From Eledone cirrhosa (Eukaryota): a stretch of 64,000 nt of DNA. The stretch is from positions 22,506,001-22,570,000 of the forward strand of contig OZ024751.1 of the NCBI GenBank assembly GCA_964016885.1, given 5' to 3'. Of the stretch, positions 28,180 to 41,620 are shown one piece after another. Each line of letters begins with the position of its first letter. Position 1 is the stretch's first letter. The position numbers were made by a program, and so were the translations under genes. The notes beneath the pieces are model-generated. The model ran no database searches. It saw only the letters and a program-made list of their open reading frames with translations, and was not told the origin of the DNA.

Positions 28180-28365
28180 GTTTCTACTTTTTGGCACAAG
28201 GCCAGCAATTATCCCAGTGCATTACTGGTGCTTTATTTTATCGACTCCGTAAGGATGAAAAGCAAAGTTAACCTCGGCGGGAATTGAACTCAGATCGTAA
28301 AGGGACGTAACTATGCTGGAAAGCATGGCATCCAACCCTCTACCGATACTGCCAATTCACCGCCC
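28177..28365 (-). mobile_element. SINE, dominant family
   Basis: Complete body and reverse A/B boxes. Confidence 0.85.
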
Positions 28366-28444
28366 TTATATATATATTATATATATATAATATTTCTACG
28401 CTGCACTGTGCCGTTAGTTATGCTATTATTTTTACATATATAAA

Positions 28445-28725
28445 GAAAATTGATTAAGAAATATGAATAATAAAATATACTTGATCACACGAATGTCTAT
28501 ATTTGTTAATATTTTGAATTAATATTAATAACTCCGGAAAACCAAACGCTGTGGAGTGCTTCTAATCTATTGTAAAACTTTATTCATTGATTTATTCATT
28601 GAACCTTGTTTAACCTTTAAATAAATATATATATATATATAATAGTAATAATAATAAATTTGAAGACTAAAATCCAAAGAGGGCTCGATAAGGATAAATA
28701 TATATCAAATATATAAGAACCGTAA

Positions 28726-28799
<74 letters not shown>

Positions 28800-28985
28800 A
28801 AGTTTAAACAAGGTTCAATGAATAAATCAATGAATAAAGTTTTACAATAGATTAGAAGCACTCCACAGAGTTTGGTTTTCCGGAGTTATTAATATTAATT
28901 CAAAATATTAACAAATATAGACATTCGTGTGATCAACTATATTTTATTATTCATATTTTATTATTCATATTTCTTAATCAATTTC
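28445..28985. repeat. long inverted repeat (~180 bp arms)
   Basis: 28445-28620 is the reverse complement of 28795-28985. The spacer includes (TA)n. Confidence 0.85.
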
Positions 28986-29381
28986 CTTTTGCTTTCGTGC
29001 ATAAGATAATTCTATACTTCTAGTCATTCTCTCTTTCCTCATCTGTTTCTCTCTCTGTCTTTCACTTCCTCTTTCTACAATAATGTGTTATCCATATATT
29101 ACTTTATTTAAATTATTTAAATTTCTAACAGTTATGTAGGTTTATATTATATTAGTAGTTGTTTATTATTATGTATCTTTATAAGCTTTCTCACACGCAC
29201 CCTCTGTATTATATGTAATTTTTTCATGTCTCAATCTTAAGGTATATAAATATTGAGTTTTGTCCTAACTTATTTACTACCATGACTGAATTTTAACCAT
29301 TTACATAGTCAAGGTATGTCAAGCATCATCTTATTTTATCTGATGAGGACGTACTGTTGTCAATTAATAAAGAGAGAGAGA

Positions 29382-29442
<61 letters not shown>

Positions 29443-29710
29443 CATCGTGGTATTTGATACGACTCTCTACACTACGTTCAAATCACATCCAGGTCAAATG
29501 TGCTTTCTTTTAGTCTTTTGTATTCTGACATGACTTGACTGCGACATCAATAGTGCCGATCTCAGGGAGATTCAGTGTGAGACAGTGTATGACAAAGCCG
29601 GACCTTTCAATTACAGGTGCAAACAGTTACTAATTTTACTTCCAAGGTTTGAAACCTCGTAATTTCAATGCCAACATCTTAGCCATTCATACACTTGTAT
29701 GTGTATGTAC

Positions 29711-29746
<36 letters not shown>

Positions 29747-29769
29747 CTGTGTGTGTGCGTCTGTGTACG

Positions 29770-29803
<34 letters not shown>

Positions 29804-29947
29804 GAGCGTTAAACTAGTATATGTTTTCATTATCTTGTATTGCTTGCTTTGTTATTTTCCGGTAACTTTTCGTATATATATACAAATGTATATATATATA
29901 CTGTGTGTATGTATTTGTGTGCTTGTGAATCTCTCTCACTCTCTCTC

Positions 29948-30006
<59 letters not shown>

Positions 30007-30021
30007 ATCTATCTATCTATG

Positions 30022-30056
<35 letters not shown>

Positions 30057-30131
30057 ATATATATATATATATAAATTTAAGCCGATTTCTCGGACTTTTA
30101 AGCGTTTTTAGAGTTAATGTAAAGGATTTTC

Positions 30132-30277
30132 TGCTCATGCGCAGAGATGCAATAAAATAGGTTATAAAATAGGGTGAAGACCCTTAAAAGACGGAAAAAT
30201 AAGTTCCCATCGTTCCGTATTTTAAGAGTCTTCACCCTATTTTATAAGCTATTTTATAGCATCTCTGCGCATGAGCA
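30132..30277. repeat. inverted repeat (~65 bp arms)
   Basis: tgctcatgcgcagagatgc...acggaa and ttccgt...gcatctctgcgcatgagca around a ~16 bp spacer. Confidence 0.85.
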
Positions 30278-30296
30278 CATTATCGTTTACACTAAC

Positions 30297-30405
<109 letters not shown>

Positions 30406-30809
30406 GCCAGCATGGAAAAATGCATGTGAAATGATGCTGATGATATATTATACATGTCTATGCATTTTCAGAAGCATACTTAAACATGCAAGAAAACCGC
30501 CGATTTCTGCGGGCAGTGTGTGCATCAAGAATACTGCAGTCTTGAAAACTGCAGTATTGGAATACATAAATAAATATGTATATATATATATATATTTGTG
30601 TATATATATGTGCATATATATATATATATATGTATGTATTTACATTTTTGTGTGTACTTATTTGTTGTATGCATGATACATTGGCAGCGTATATAAGTGC
30701 ATGCAAATTTTTATAAAGAGAGCTCAGCTTACCATAATTACGCGTATAAAAATACTTGTATACTTATATAATTTGTTAGATATAGCAAGAAATATATTTA
30801 TATACATGC

Positions 30810-30857
<48 letters not shown>

Positions 30858-31029
30858 GTATATGTGTGTGTGTGTGGGGAGGAAGAGATATGTAAAAAGG
30901 CAGGTAGGTGGATGAATGAACAGGATAGATAGATAGATATATAGATAGATAGGGATAGATAGACATATTTATCATTGTGCATCATGTGCAACAAACAGGT
31001 GAAGTGTGGCAGGGCAAGTAGCGATCAAT

Positions 31030-31093
<64 letters not shown>

Positions 31094-31592
31094 TATATTA
31101 TCTCCTCTCCGGCATTTCCCAATTAGTTAGGTAGGAAGACGATGGAAGAAGTGATGGGAGTGTTCTCACTTCTACCACGGTAATCAATAGCATGGTGACT
31201 ATAGGGCGAAAGTGAGGAGGGAGGTGGGGGAGAGGGAAATAATAAGACGTAGAAGAAAGACAAAGAAAGAGAGGAGAGAAAGAAGAAAAGCAGAAAGAAG
31301 AGGACGGAGAAGGAGAATGCAGCAGAAGGAAGAAAAGAAAAAAGAAAAAAGAAAGAAGATGAGGAAAAAAAGGGAAGAAAGAATAAAAATCAAAAGGAGA
31401 ATATGGAAGAAGAATGCAGAAGAAAAAGGAAGAAGAAAGAGGGTAAGGAAAAAAGAAGAGGAAGAAGATGAAGGAGGAGGAGAATCCAGAAGAGGAAGAG
31501 TGTAAGTAGGCAAGAGAAGGAAACATGAGAAAAATAAAAGAAACTAAATCAGAAAACACAAGACCTGGTATAAACACGATACTACTACTAAT

Positions 31593-32490
31593 AATGGTTT
31601 CTTATATAGGCACAAGGCCAGCAATTATCCCAGTGCATTACTGGTACTTTATTTTATCGACCCCGTAAGGATGAAAGGCAAAGTTAACTACTAATAATAA
31701 TGGTTTCTTATATAGGCACAAGGCCAGCAATTTTGGGAGACGGGAAAATCGATTAAATCGACCCCAGTGCGTGACATGTACTTTATTTTATCGACCCCGT
31801 AAGGATGAAAGGCAAAGTTAACCTCGGCAGGATTTGAACTCAGGACGTAAAGGGCCATAACTCTACGTTGAAAAGCATGGCATCCGACCCTCTACCGATA
31901 CTGCCAATCCACCGCTCTTATCGATCCAGTAGGATGAAAGGTAAAGCTAACCTTAGCAGGATTTGAACTTAGAACGTAATAATAATTGTTTCTACTTTTT
32001 GAACACAAGGCCAGCAATTAGCCCAGTGTATTACTGGTACTTTATTTTATCGACCCCCGTAAGAATGAAAGGCGGGATTTAGGTAATAATGGTTTCTAAT
32101 ATAGGCACAAGGCCAGAAATTTTGCGGGAGGGGAAAGTCGATTAAATCGACCCCAGTGCGTGACTGGTACTTTAATTTATCGACCCCCCGTAAGGATGAA
32201 AGGCAAAGCTAACCTTGGCGAGATTTGAACTCAGATCATAAAGGGGCGTAACTCTATGCTGAAAAGTATGGTGTCCGACGCTCTATCGATACTGCCAATC
32301 CGCTGCCCTTTGAAGGGGAGTGGAAAGTGGATTAACTAAACCCCAGTGTATTACTGGTACTTTATTTTATCGACCCCCGTAAGGATAAAAGGCAAAGTTG
32401 AATACGGCGGGATCTGAACTCAAAACGTAAAGGGTCAAAACTCTATGCAGTGAATCATGTTGTCCGACGGCCTACCGATATTGCCAATCC
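31593..32490 (-). mobile_element. cluster of about six same-orientation SINE copies and fragments
   Basis: Repeated family motifs. Confidence 0.85.
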
Positions 32491-32834
32491 ATTATCAAGT
32501 CAAAAAACCTTGCAAAGACATTTACTGATGTTTGTGTCCTTGTGGCATCATTTGTATAACAATTGATTGTCATACAATGTGTATATTATGTGTATAACAA
32601 TGTGTATATTATGTGTATAACAATGTGTATATTATGTGTATAACAATGTGTATATTATGAAATTTTATCTCAGGTGTCAAGCTGACACTAGGCATGATTT
32701 AGGAAAGCAGCAGGATTCAAAGGAAGTTTCAAATAATAATAATGATGATGATGATCATGATGATGATGACAAATATCATCTAGAATAACAGAAGGCAATT
32801 GTTATTATTTTAAGCTCCGAAATGGAGCCTGACA

Positions 32835-33015
32835 GTAATAATAATAATATTGGTAGTTAACACCAACACTGTGCAATAACAAATAATAATAATATTGGTA
32901 GTTAACATCAACACTGTGCAATAACAAATAATAATAATATTGGTAGTTAACACCAATACTGTGCAATAACAAATAATAATAATATTGGTAGTTAACATCA
33001 ACACTGTGCAATAAG
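32835..33015. repeat. 45-bp tandem repeat, four copies
   Basis: tggtagttaac recurs at 32851, 32896, 32941 and 32986. Confidence 0.9.
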
Positions 33016-33389
33016 TAATAATAATTGTTTCTACTACCAATAATAAAAATAGTGCTTTATTCCTTTGGCCACAAGATTCCAAGACAGTACAAAGGCGAAA
33101 TGAAGAGATGTGTGGTGGAAAGGTTTACATAGAGTAAAAGTGAGAATTGAACAATAACAGTAAAGACATTTATAAATAAATAACAATATATAACAACTGA
33201 TGACAATATATGATAAATAGATAATAGTTTCTAGGTTAGGCACAAGGCCGGCAATTTTTTTAAAATTTTTTATTTATTTTTTTTATTATTAAATTGACCC
33301 TAGTGCGTTACTGGTACTTTGTTTTATTCTATCCTGCCATAGTCATAGTTAAATTTACCTTTCATCCTTTGGAGGTGGAAAATGGGTAA

Positions 33390-33672
33390 AGACCCCCTTC
33401 AGTCACGAATAACCATGGGATTTGTACCTAGAAAGTTCCCCTCCGGCAAGGTTGTTTGTCGAAGACCAGCAGTTTGCCATGCATACCAGTCTCCCTTCTC
33501 CATACCACTGATGTTGTCAAAGGGGAAGGCAGATGCTGATAAAGCTTGGCACCAGTAACGTTGCAACTCATTTCTACAGCTGATGAACTGGAGCAACGTG
33601 AAATAAAGTGTCTTGCTCAAGAAAACAACACTAAGCCCAGTCCGAGAATCGAACTCAAAACCTCACGATTGA

Positions 33673-33675
<3 letters not shown>
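33390..33675 (-). mobile_element. CORE-like tRNA SINE
   Basis: The reverse strand reads gagttcgattctcgg...ttcttgagcaagacactttatttcacgttgctccagttca. Confidence 0.65.
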
Positions 33676-33708
<33 letters not shown>

Positions 33709-33709
33709 T

Positions 33710-33762
33710 GAGATTCTACAGGACTAGAACTGTTTCATTCATTAGAAATCATCAGGAATCTC
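33710..33762 (-). ncRNA. type I hammerhead ribozyme motif (family B)
   Basis: The reverse strand reads gagattc-CTGATGA-t-ttc taat gaa-t-GAAA-cag ttctagtc ctg-TA-gaatctc. It is a 75-bp insert between two (TA)n tracts. Confidence 0.72.
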
Positions 33763-33776
33763 CAACCCGGAATAAC

Positions 33777-33835
<59 letters not shown>

Positions 33836-34239
33836 AATATAAATTAGCGAGAATCGTACTTCGGCCTACGAAATAACGAAAAACAACCTCCGAAATGTGT
33901 GGCAAGTGCTCAATGGTTCAGAAAAGCCAGAGCTACAACATACGTTAAAGGCCAAACACACTGAGACGATGGTTAAACAATCATCCGCACAGCCAAAAAA
34001 ACGATCAAGTAATTCGGGTCAAACAAATAAAAATATATATGACAGACACACATGTCTAGATATATATATGTCTGCCTGCATTTCCGGAAATTACCTGTCC
34101 TGCTTACCTTGTCAGTCACATAAGATTGAAGCGAGGCTTTTCTTTCCTCCCTCCAAATAAGAAGGAAATTTCAATTATTTGGAAACTTTTTACGCACGTC
34201 ATTCAGTACAGAGAGAAAGGGGAAGAGGGAGATACGTAC

Positions 34240-34329
<90 letters not shown>

Positions 34330-34379
34330 GTGTTTGTGTGTGTATGAGTAAATATATACATGTATAGATAATATTAAGG

Positions 34380-34665
34380 ATACTATTTATGGTTATGTAT
34401 ATACTAAAACTTTTTATAGTTATATGTGATTTTAATGTGATTTTGATTTTGAATTTGAATTGTTATACAGAAATATAATATAATATATGTCACTCCACTG
34501 TACATCAATATATACATATGTATCTGTATGTCTCTTGCGTTGGAAAGGAGGTCAATCATGTGTACAAACATTGAAAAATGGTCCGAAGATTCCAAGCCTA
34601 GGTTTGGATGAAACAATTGTAAGTGAATAAATGCTTTCAACATAGCTTTGATTCTTGTGAATTCT
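34380..34665 (+). mobile_element. diverged family D copy
   Basis: CCGAAGA-t-tccaagcc/ta/ggtttgga-t-GAAA-caattg-TA at 34583-34621. The flanks align with 47650-47790, and tactatttatggttatgt is shared with ~46980. Confidence 0.65.
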
Positions 34666-34728
34666 ATACATGTATAGATATACATTTATGTTTACATGCA
34701 AACATGTGCATGTACATATATATGTATG

Positions 34729-34839
<111 letters not shown>

Positions 34840-34980
34840 ACGTATGTATACATATGTATATATACGTACATATATATATATACATATATATATATGTATA
34901 TATATATATGTGTGTGTACGTATATATATACATATGTAAGTATGTACGTACGTATATATATATATAGTTTTAATATAGAT

Positions 34981-35033
34981 GAGATTCTACAGGACTAGAA
35001 CTGTTTCATTATTTAGAAATCATCAGGAATCTC
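34981..35033 (-). ncRNA. hammerhead ribozyme motif (family B, mirror copy)
   Basis: The reverse strand reads gagattc-CTGATGA-...-GAAA-cag...ctg-TA-gaatctc, giving a 7-bp stem I. Confidence 0.7.
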
Positions 35034-35044
35034 TGATGATTTCT

Positions 35045-35093
35045 GATTCCTGATGATTTCTAAACAATGAAACAGTTCTAGTCCTGTAGAATC
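35045..35093 (+). ncRNA. type I hammerhead ribozyme motif (family B)
   Basis: gattc-CTGATGA-tttctaaacaat-GAAA-cag ttctagtc ctg-TA-gaatc. Stem I is gattc/gaatc, stem III is Acag/ctgT, the triplet is GUA, and stem II is weak in this copy. Confidence 0.7.
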
Positions 35094-35176
35094 TCATCTA
35101 TATTAAAACTTTTATACTCTGCAATGTATTGAGTACCTTACTTACTGTGGTTACCTCCGACTCAACCCGGAATAAC

Positions 35177-35269
<93 letters not shown>

Positions 35270-35531
35270 TATATTGTATAAAGCTATGCTTGAAGCGAAA
35301 TCTTATTTCTTTTATATATATATATGTATGTCTGTGTGTATGGTTCTGTTGATAGATAGTTATTAGCAGCCGATAACTTGAGTGACAGGGCTGCTAATGG
35401 GAATATTGATAAGAATAGTGATAGAACGGTCTATAATAGTGATTGAAATGTCTGTGAAAGTACAGATCAATATCTTAGGATTGTCAGGTAACAATTTACC
35501 GGTCACCACATAAATATCATCGTACACGCAC

Positions 35532-35562
<31 letters not shown>

Positions 35563-35719
35563 TGTATGTATGTATGTATGTATGTATGTATGTAGGCACA
35601 TATATATAGACATATATATGTATGTATATATATATATAGATAGAAACAAGCAAGTATATGTCTATATATATATACATACATATATGTCTATATACATACA
35701 TACATACATATATGTCTAT

Positions 35720-35785
<66 letters not shown>

Positions 35786-35972
35786 ATATATGTATGTATG
35801 TATATATACGCTAATGTTTTATATGTGGGATATATAGTACCAGATGAGTGAACCTACGTATTTGTCAGTTTAGTAAATAATTGCAATATCATTTTCAAAA
35901 CCAATCAATCAATCAATTTATCTATCTATTTATCCTTCTACGTGTTATTCATCAAGTCATTCGACAAGCTTT

Positions 35973-36115
<143 letters not shown>

Positions 36116-36389
36116 TCGAGCCACTCTTTCCACATAAAACAGAAATAACTTTCGAACACCAACCAAATGCAAGAAAACCCACAAACCCTCCATCTCCATT
36201 CTACTTGTGAAACCGGTAAAGGAAACTGTGAAACCGGTAAAGGAAACAAATAAATATTCTTAAAAAGACTCCAGTTGCATTTTCGATTTCTTTTCCTTAT
36301 ACTTTCACTCGTGTAGGACATCTCGTTTTTTTTATTAAAAAAAACCCCTCATTTTCTTATATATACTGTATATATATATATATATATAT

Positions 36390-36456
<67 letters not shown>

Positions 36457-36614
36457 GAGAGAGAGAGATAGAGAGAGAGAGAGAGTCTGTAGTGCTGAGA
36501 CCGAGGAGACTACATGTTAGGGGAACACTCAATGCATAGGAAGAAGTAAAGTGCTTATAGAGAAAGGTAAAAACTTGAGTATTAGTAGTAGTAGTAGTAG
36601 TATTAGTAAAGATG

Positions 36615-36659
<45 letters not shown>

Positions 36660-36669
36660 ATAGTAGTAG

Positions 36670-37150
36670 TAGCTTCTAATTTAGGCACAAGGCCAGCAAT
36701 TTTGGAGAGAGAAATTCGATTATATCATCTGGTAACTTAACTGGTACTTTATTTTATCGACCATGGAAGGCTGAAATACAAAGTTGATTTCGGCGGGATT
36801 TGAACTGATAATTAGCAAGTCGTAACTAAACCCTACCTAAACAAAACTCTACCGTTTCTACCAATTAACCGCCCTAATATTACTAACAATAGCTTCTGAT
36901 TTAGGCACAAGGCCAGCAATTAACCGCCCTAATATTACTAACAATAGCTTCTGATTTAGGCACAAGGCCAGCAATTCGGAAGTAATGGGAATGTCGATGA
37001 AATCGCCTCCAATGTCTTACTGGTACTTTATTTATCGACCATGTAAGGATGAAAAAGCTAAGCTAACCTCAGAAGGGATTTGAACTCAGAGCGTAAAGGG
37101 CCTCGTAACTATATCCCACAAATCATTTTGTCGAACGCTCTACCGATTGC
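36670..37150 (-). mobile_element. SINE cluster with an internal ~56 bp duplication
   Basis: Family motifs; caattaaccgccctaatattactaacaatagcttctgatttaggcacaaggccag occurs twice. Confidence 0.75.
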
Positions 37151-37738
37151 TGTTAAACAACCACTCCTCTTTCGCGTTTAATGTTTTGTCAGTATTATCG
37201 AATTATCCGGCCAAATATGCGAATAATAACTAATAATAATACTAATACAACTACTAGTAATAATGATAATAATAATAAAAAGCAATAAACTAAAAGAAAA
37301 GCCAAACCTAATGACTTAACTTAGGATTAGATGTTGAAAACAAATTTTATCAGGTGAAAAGCTTATTAGTAGAAAATATATTACTGTATATTGGTTTTTA
37401 GTAATTAGTTTCCGTTTTGTTCGTTAGTCGGCTAATACGGATACAAGGAGTGATCATTAGTGGAAAATAGTGCAATATATGTTGATGTATTTATGTATGT
37501 ATCTATATGTAATGAGTGTGTGCGTCTGTGTGTATTAATATATACATAGAGAGACTCACTACTTTAAACTCTAGTTCGGTATTGAGTACTCTTTCCTCTC
37601 GTCAAGTACATACGTCAAGTATATAGCGATTTTGAAAATTGTTAACATGGGTTTACGCCGTATTTGACTAAGTAAAATTAGTCTGTTAGTTGGGATTTAA
37701 ACAAAAAAAACCTCTAAATGGAAAAATAGTATGAGAAT

Positions 37739-37809
37739 TGATGTACGTGGGACACAAACCTACATCTTTGGCTTGACGTACCAATGTGTTACCATTACAC
37801 CAACACGCC
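37739..37809 (-). pseudogene. degenerate tRNA-like sequence
   Basis: The reverse strand reads ggcgtgt tg gtgt-aatggta-acac a ttggt-acgtcaa-gccaa agat gtagg-tttgtgt-cccac gtacatc a. The cloverleaf spacing is right, but the acceptor stem is mismatched and the T loop is non-canonical. Confidence 0.45.
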
Positions 37810-37956
37810 GGCTGTGCTTCCTCAATTCAGTTAGAATCTATATATATATGTATATAAATAGGGAGACACAAAGCAGGTTTTGTTTACAAGCAGCTAGCGA
37901 ATTTGAAAATTAGGTAGTAACATGTGCTTGCGCCGGGATGAGTACACTCAGAGGGG

Positions 37957-38500
37957 TTTTTTAAATCTCAACTAACTTTTAAATCTCAACTAACTTTTAA
38001 ATCTCAACTAACTTTAAATCTCAACTAACTTTTAAATCTCAACTAACTTTAAATCTCAACTAACTTTTAAATCTCAACTAACTTTAAATCTCAACTAACT
38101 TTTAAATCTCAACTAACTTTTAAATCTCAACTAACTTTTAAATCTCAACTAACTTTTAAATCTCAACTAACTTTTAAATCTCAACTAACTTTAAATCTCA
38201 ACTAACTTTTAAATCTCAACTAACTTTAAATCTCAACTAACTTTTAAATCTCAACTAACTTTAAATCTCAACTAACTTTTAAATCTCAACTAACTTTTAA
38301 ATCTCAACTAACTTTTAAATCTCAACTAACTTTTAAATCTCAACTAACTTTAAATCTCAACTAACTTTTAAATCTCAACTAACTTTTAAATCTCAACTAA
38401 CTTTTAAATCTCAACTAACTTTAAATCTCAACTAACTTTTAAATCTCAACTAACTTTTAAATCTCAACTAACTTTTAAATCTCAACTAACTTTAAATCTC
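37957..38500. repeat. 17/18-bp minisatellite (aaatctcaactaacttt[t]), ~30 copies
   Basis: Direct inspection. Confidence 0.95.
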
Positions 38501-38835
38501 TAGTCAAATACGGCGTAAGCACATGTTGGAATATATTAAGAGTGTTAAGAAATGTAGATATTGCCAATCCACCGCTAGAATCGGCCTCGTAGCAATGACA
38601 AAATTGAAATTGACGATGTCATACATACATACATACATACATACATACATACATACATACATACATACATACATACATACATAGACATACATATATATTT
38701 AACCTAACTACGGTTTAAATAGCTTGTGGTAAGTACGGCTACACTCCTGACAAGGCCAAAATCAAACAGAAAGCAGTGGAAGTCAACCAGGGAAGGGTTC
38801 CTCCGTCAGTAGTGAGAAAACCCTAGATTAGATTG

Positions 38836-38899
<64 letters not shown>

Positions 38900-39072
38900 A
38901 GAAGTTAGTTCTATAACAGTTAATAACCCATTTATTCGCGTTGAAAACCCGCAAGGTGAAACGTGTGTTCTCAAAAATGGTTTATTAACTCTTGCGGAAC
39001 TAACTTCTACCGAACTCGTCCCATTGACTGAATGCTCTACTACTACGGATATAACCTCGCGCTGTTCTACCA

Positions 39073-39132
<60 letters not shown>

Positions 39133-39170
39133 CGCATCCGTCCCTTCAATCTATCTTATTTCTCATTCTT

Positions 39171-39206
39171 TCTTCTGATGAAAGACTAGCGTCCGAAACG
39201 TTAAGA
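39171..39206 (+). ncRNA. minimal PLE-type hammerhead ribozyme (family E)
   Basis: tctt-CTGATGA-aa-gac tagc gtc-c-GAAA-CG-TT-aaga, in a repeat (39135-39275) homologous to 22680-22830. Confidence 0.7.
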
Positions 39207-39414
39207 CCCTCTTGCTGCTATTTCAAGCGTTAACCTAATATATTCCTTCCATATACTGTACCGATTGTGTTGTTATTTTTGTGAACCTTTTGCATATATA
39301 TATATACACACACACACATTCATTGGTACCACACTGCCAGCAAAGAGGCTGACGTAATACCAATGCATTTGTTTATTAGAGTTATGTAACTGTGCGTTTG
39401 GGCATATTCTGCTA

Positions 39415-39464
<50 letters not shown>

Positions 39465-39694
39465 GTGTGTGTGTGTGTGAATCTGGAACGGATATCAAAT
39501 AGTTTACAATGAAACACTTCAAAGTCCAAAATAGTGTTTCCGTTGAAGTCTTTGTCTGCAAACTGAACAGAATGCTACAATAGAAAACAAAATAAAGAAA
39601 CATACACACAGAAACATACACTCACACACACAAACTCAGACACACACACACAAACACAGACACACACAGACACACACACACACACATACACACA

Positions 39695-39809
<115 letters not shown>

Positions 39810-39867
39810 GTAAAATAAAATAAATATCGTTGAAATCTGTGATGGTGATGATGATGATGATGATGAA

Positions 39868-40160
39868 AAGAAGAAGAAGAAAAGGAAGAAAAAAAAGAAA
39901 AAGAAGAAGAAGAAGAAGAAGAAGAAGAAGAAGAAGAAGAAGAAGAAGAAGAAGAAGAAGAATGAGAAGAAGAAAAAGAAGAATGAGAAGAAGAAGAAGA
40001 AGAAGAAGAAGAAGAAGAAGAAGAAGAAGAAGAAGAAGAAGAAGAAGAAGAAGAAGAAGAAGAAGAAGAAGAAAAAAAATGAGATGAAGAAAAATGCGAA
40101 GAAAAAAAGAAGAAAAAAAGAAGAAAAGAAGAAGAAGAAGAACGAAGAAGAACGAAGAAG
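39868..40160. repeat. (AAG)n tract
   Basis: Direct inspection. Confidence 0.95.
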
Positions 40161-40399
40161 GAGGGTGAGGGGGGTGGAGGAAATTATGTTTCCTTGGTGC
40201 TGAGATAAATGTGATTTTCCTCTCCATTAAGAACAACAAAATATTACAATACAATAATTTCACCCAGAAAACTGATTCAATTTTAGTTTCCTGTAGCCAA
40301 ATACACTTATTATTTTTAACTTTTTCTTATTGATTTGAAAAGAAGTGAATTATTGCTTAGCAAGTTGTGAAGTGAACTTGAAATGACATAGATTTGTGC

Positions 40400-40690
40400 A
40401 GCGGCAGCAGCAGCATTAGTAGCAGTAGTGTCAACAGCAGCAACAGCAGCAGCAACAGCAGCAACACTAGCGACAGTAGTGTTAACAACAGCAGCAACAG
40501 CAGCAACACTAGCGACAGTAGTGTTAACAACAGCAGTAGCATCAGCAGCAACACTAGCGACAGTAGTGTTAACAACAGCAGCAACAGCAGCAACACTAGC
40601 GACAGTAGTGTTAACAACAGCAGCAACAGCAGCAACACTAGCGACAGTAGTGTTAACAACAGCAGTAGCATCAGCAGCAACAGCAGTAGC
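40400..40690. repeat. CAG/CAA-derived minisatellite
   Basis: agcagcaacactagcgacagtagtgttaacaac repeated five times. Confidence 0.9.
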
Positions 40691-41364
40691 GTGTGAATGA
40701 CCGAGTTGGAACTTACCTTTAATAAAAGATATATTGATTTACGTACCTGTAAGCTATTGTTTCAGGGACAGAGAGGTTGTAGGAGACCGATCGTCAGAAG
40801 GCAAGTGGCTTAGTGGTTAGGGTGTTGGACTCACGGTTATGAGGAGGTTGTGAGTTCAATTTTTGGCCCCGACAGTGTGTGATATGTTCTTAAGCTAGAT
40901 ACTTTATTTCACTTGTTTGTTGTTTCTTCTGCCAAAGAGCTGCGATCGGCAGATAACAACAACAATGGAAAGACCAATGGAACGACCAATGGAAAGACCA
41001 ATGGAACGACCAATTGCTCTGATCTGACGATCGGTTCCTTTCCTTTCCATTCCGTTCTGTTTAGGAGAAGTTGAGAAGGACCAATCGAGTGATGAAGTCG
41101 TGTGGGTCTTGGCTGATTGATTGAGAGAGTCACAGTAAATTCAACTTACCTGAAAAATAAAAAAAGACAGATGTGGTATAAGCAACAATGTAGACATTAA
41201 AAAAAATCGTTTTAATATTTCATATTAACACTTTTGTTACCATATTTCTTATGAAAGACATTGCTTCTGGTTTTCAAATGCATATATGGTTGTGAAACTC
41301 TTGGGGGAATCGTAAGAGTGCTGTATTTACATACAGCGTTTCTATGTCTCATTTAAAAAAAAAA

Positions 41365-41620
41365 GAACTTGGTGGAGCCTAACCCTCTCCAAGTCTGAAC
41401 ACAGCAGATTTCTTCTGGAGAAGTAAAGAAAGTGAGAGAGGAAGAGAGAAAGAGATATAGAGGATACTAGACCTGTACTTTTTTTATCGATCTCGAATGG
41501 ATGAAAGGCAAAATTGACCGAGGGTGGGGGGTGGATTTGAACTCAGAGAGCAGAAATCCAGAACGAATATCGCAAAGCACTGTATCCGACGTTCTTACGA
41601 CTCTGCTGATTCGCCGCCTT
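41365..41620 (-). mobile_element. SINE subfamily with a longer CT-rich 3' tail
   Basis: Same head and body as the dominant family, but the tail (…agaaatctgctgt…gagggttaggctccaccaag) is shared with 14380-14615 (+) and 41985-42260 (+). Confidence 0.65.

Larger units (their letters stand above)
34966..35179. mobile_element. HHR-bearing inverted-repeat element, family B
   Basis: Arms 34966-35031 and 35045-35110, then a tail ending caacccggaataacgta into (TA)n. Homologs at 33705-33779 and 13867-13935. Confidence 0.75.

Noticed and set aside
29334-29372. CTGATGAG-gac...gtc hammerhead-like start
   Set aside because: The GAAA and stem III are missing, and there is no second copy in the window.
30526-30556. 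11-bp hairpin aatactgcagt/actgcagtatt
   Set aside because: It is short, has no ribozyme core around it and has no supportable function.
40394-40700. Ser/Asn-rich or Ala/Thr-rich (antifreeze-like) ORFs
   Set aside because: This is a trinucleotide-derived minisatellite open in several frames, with no ATG-led gene structure.
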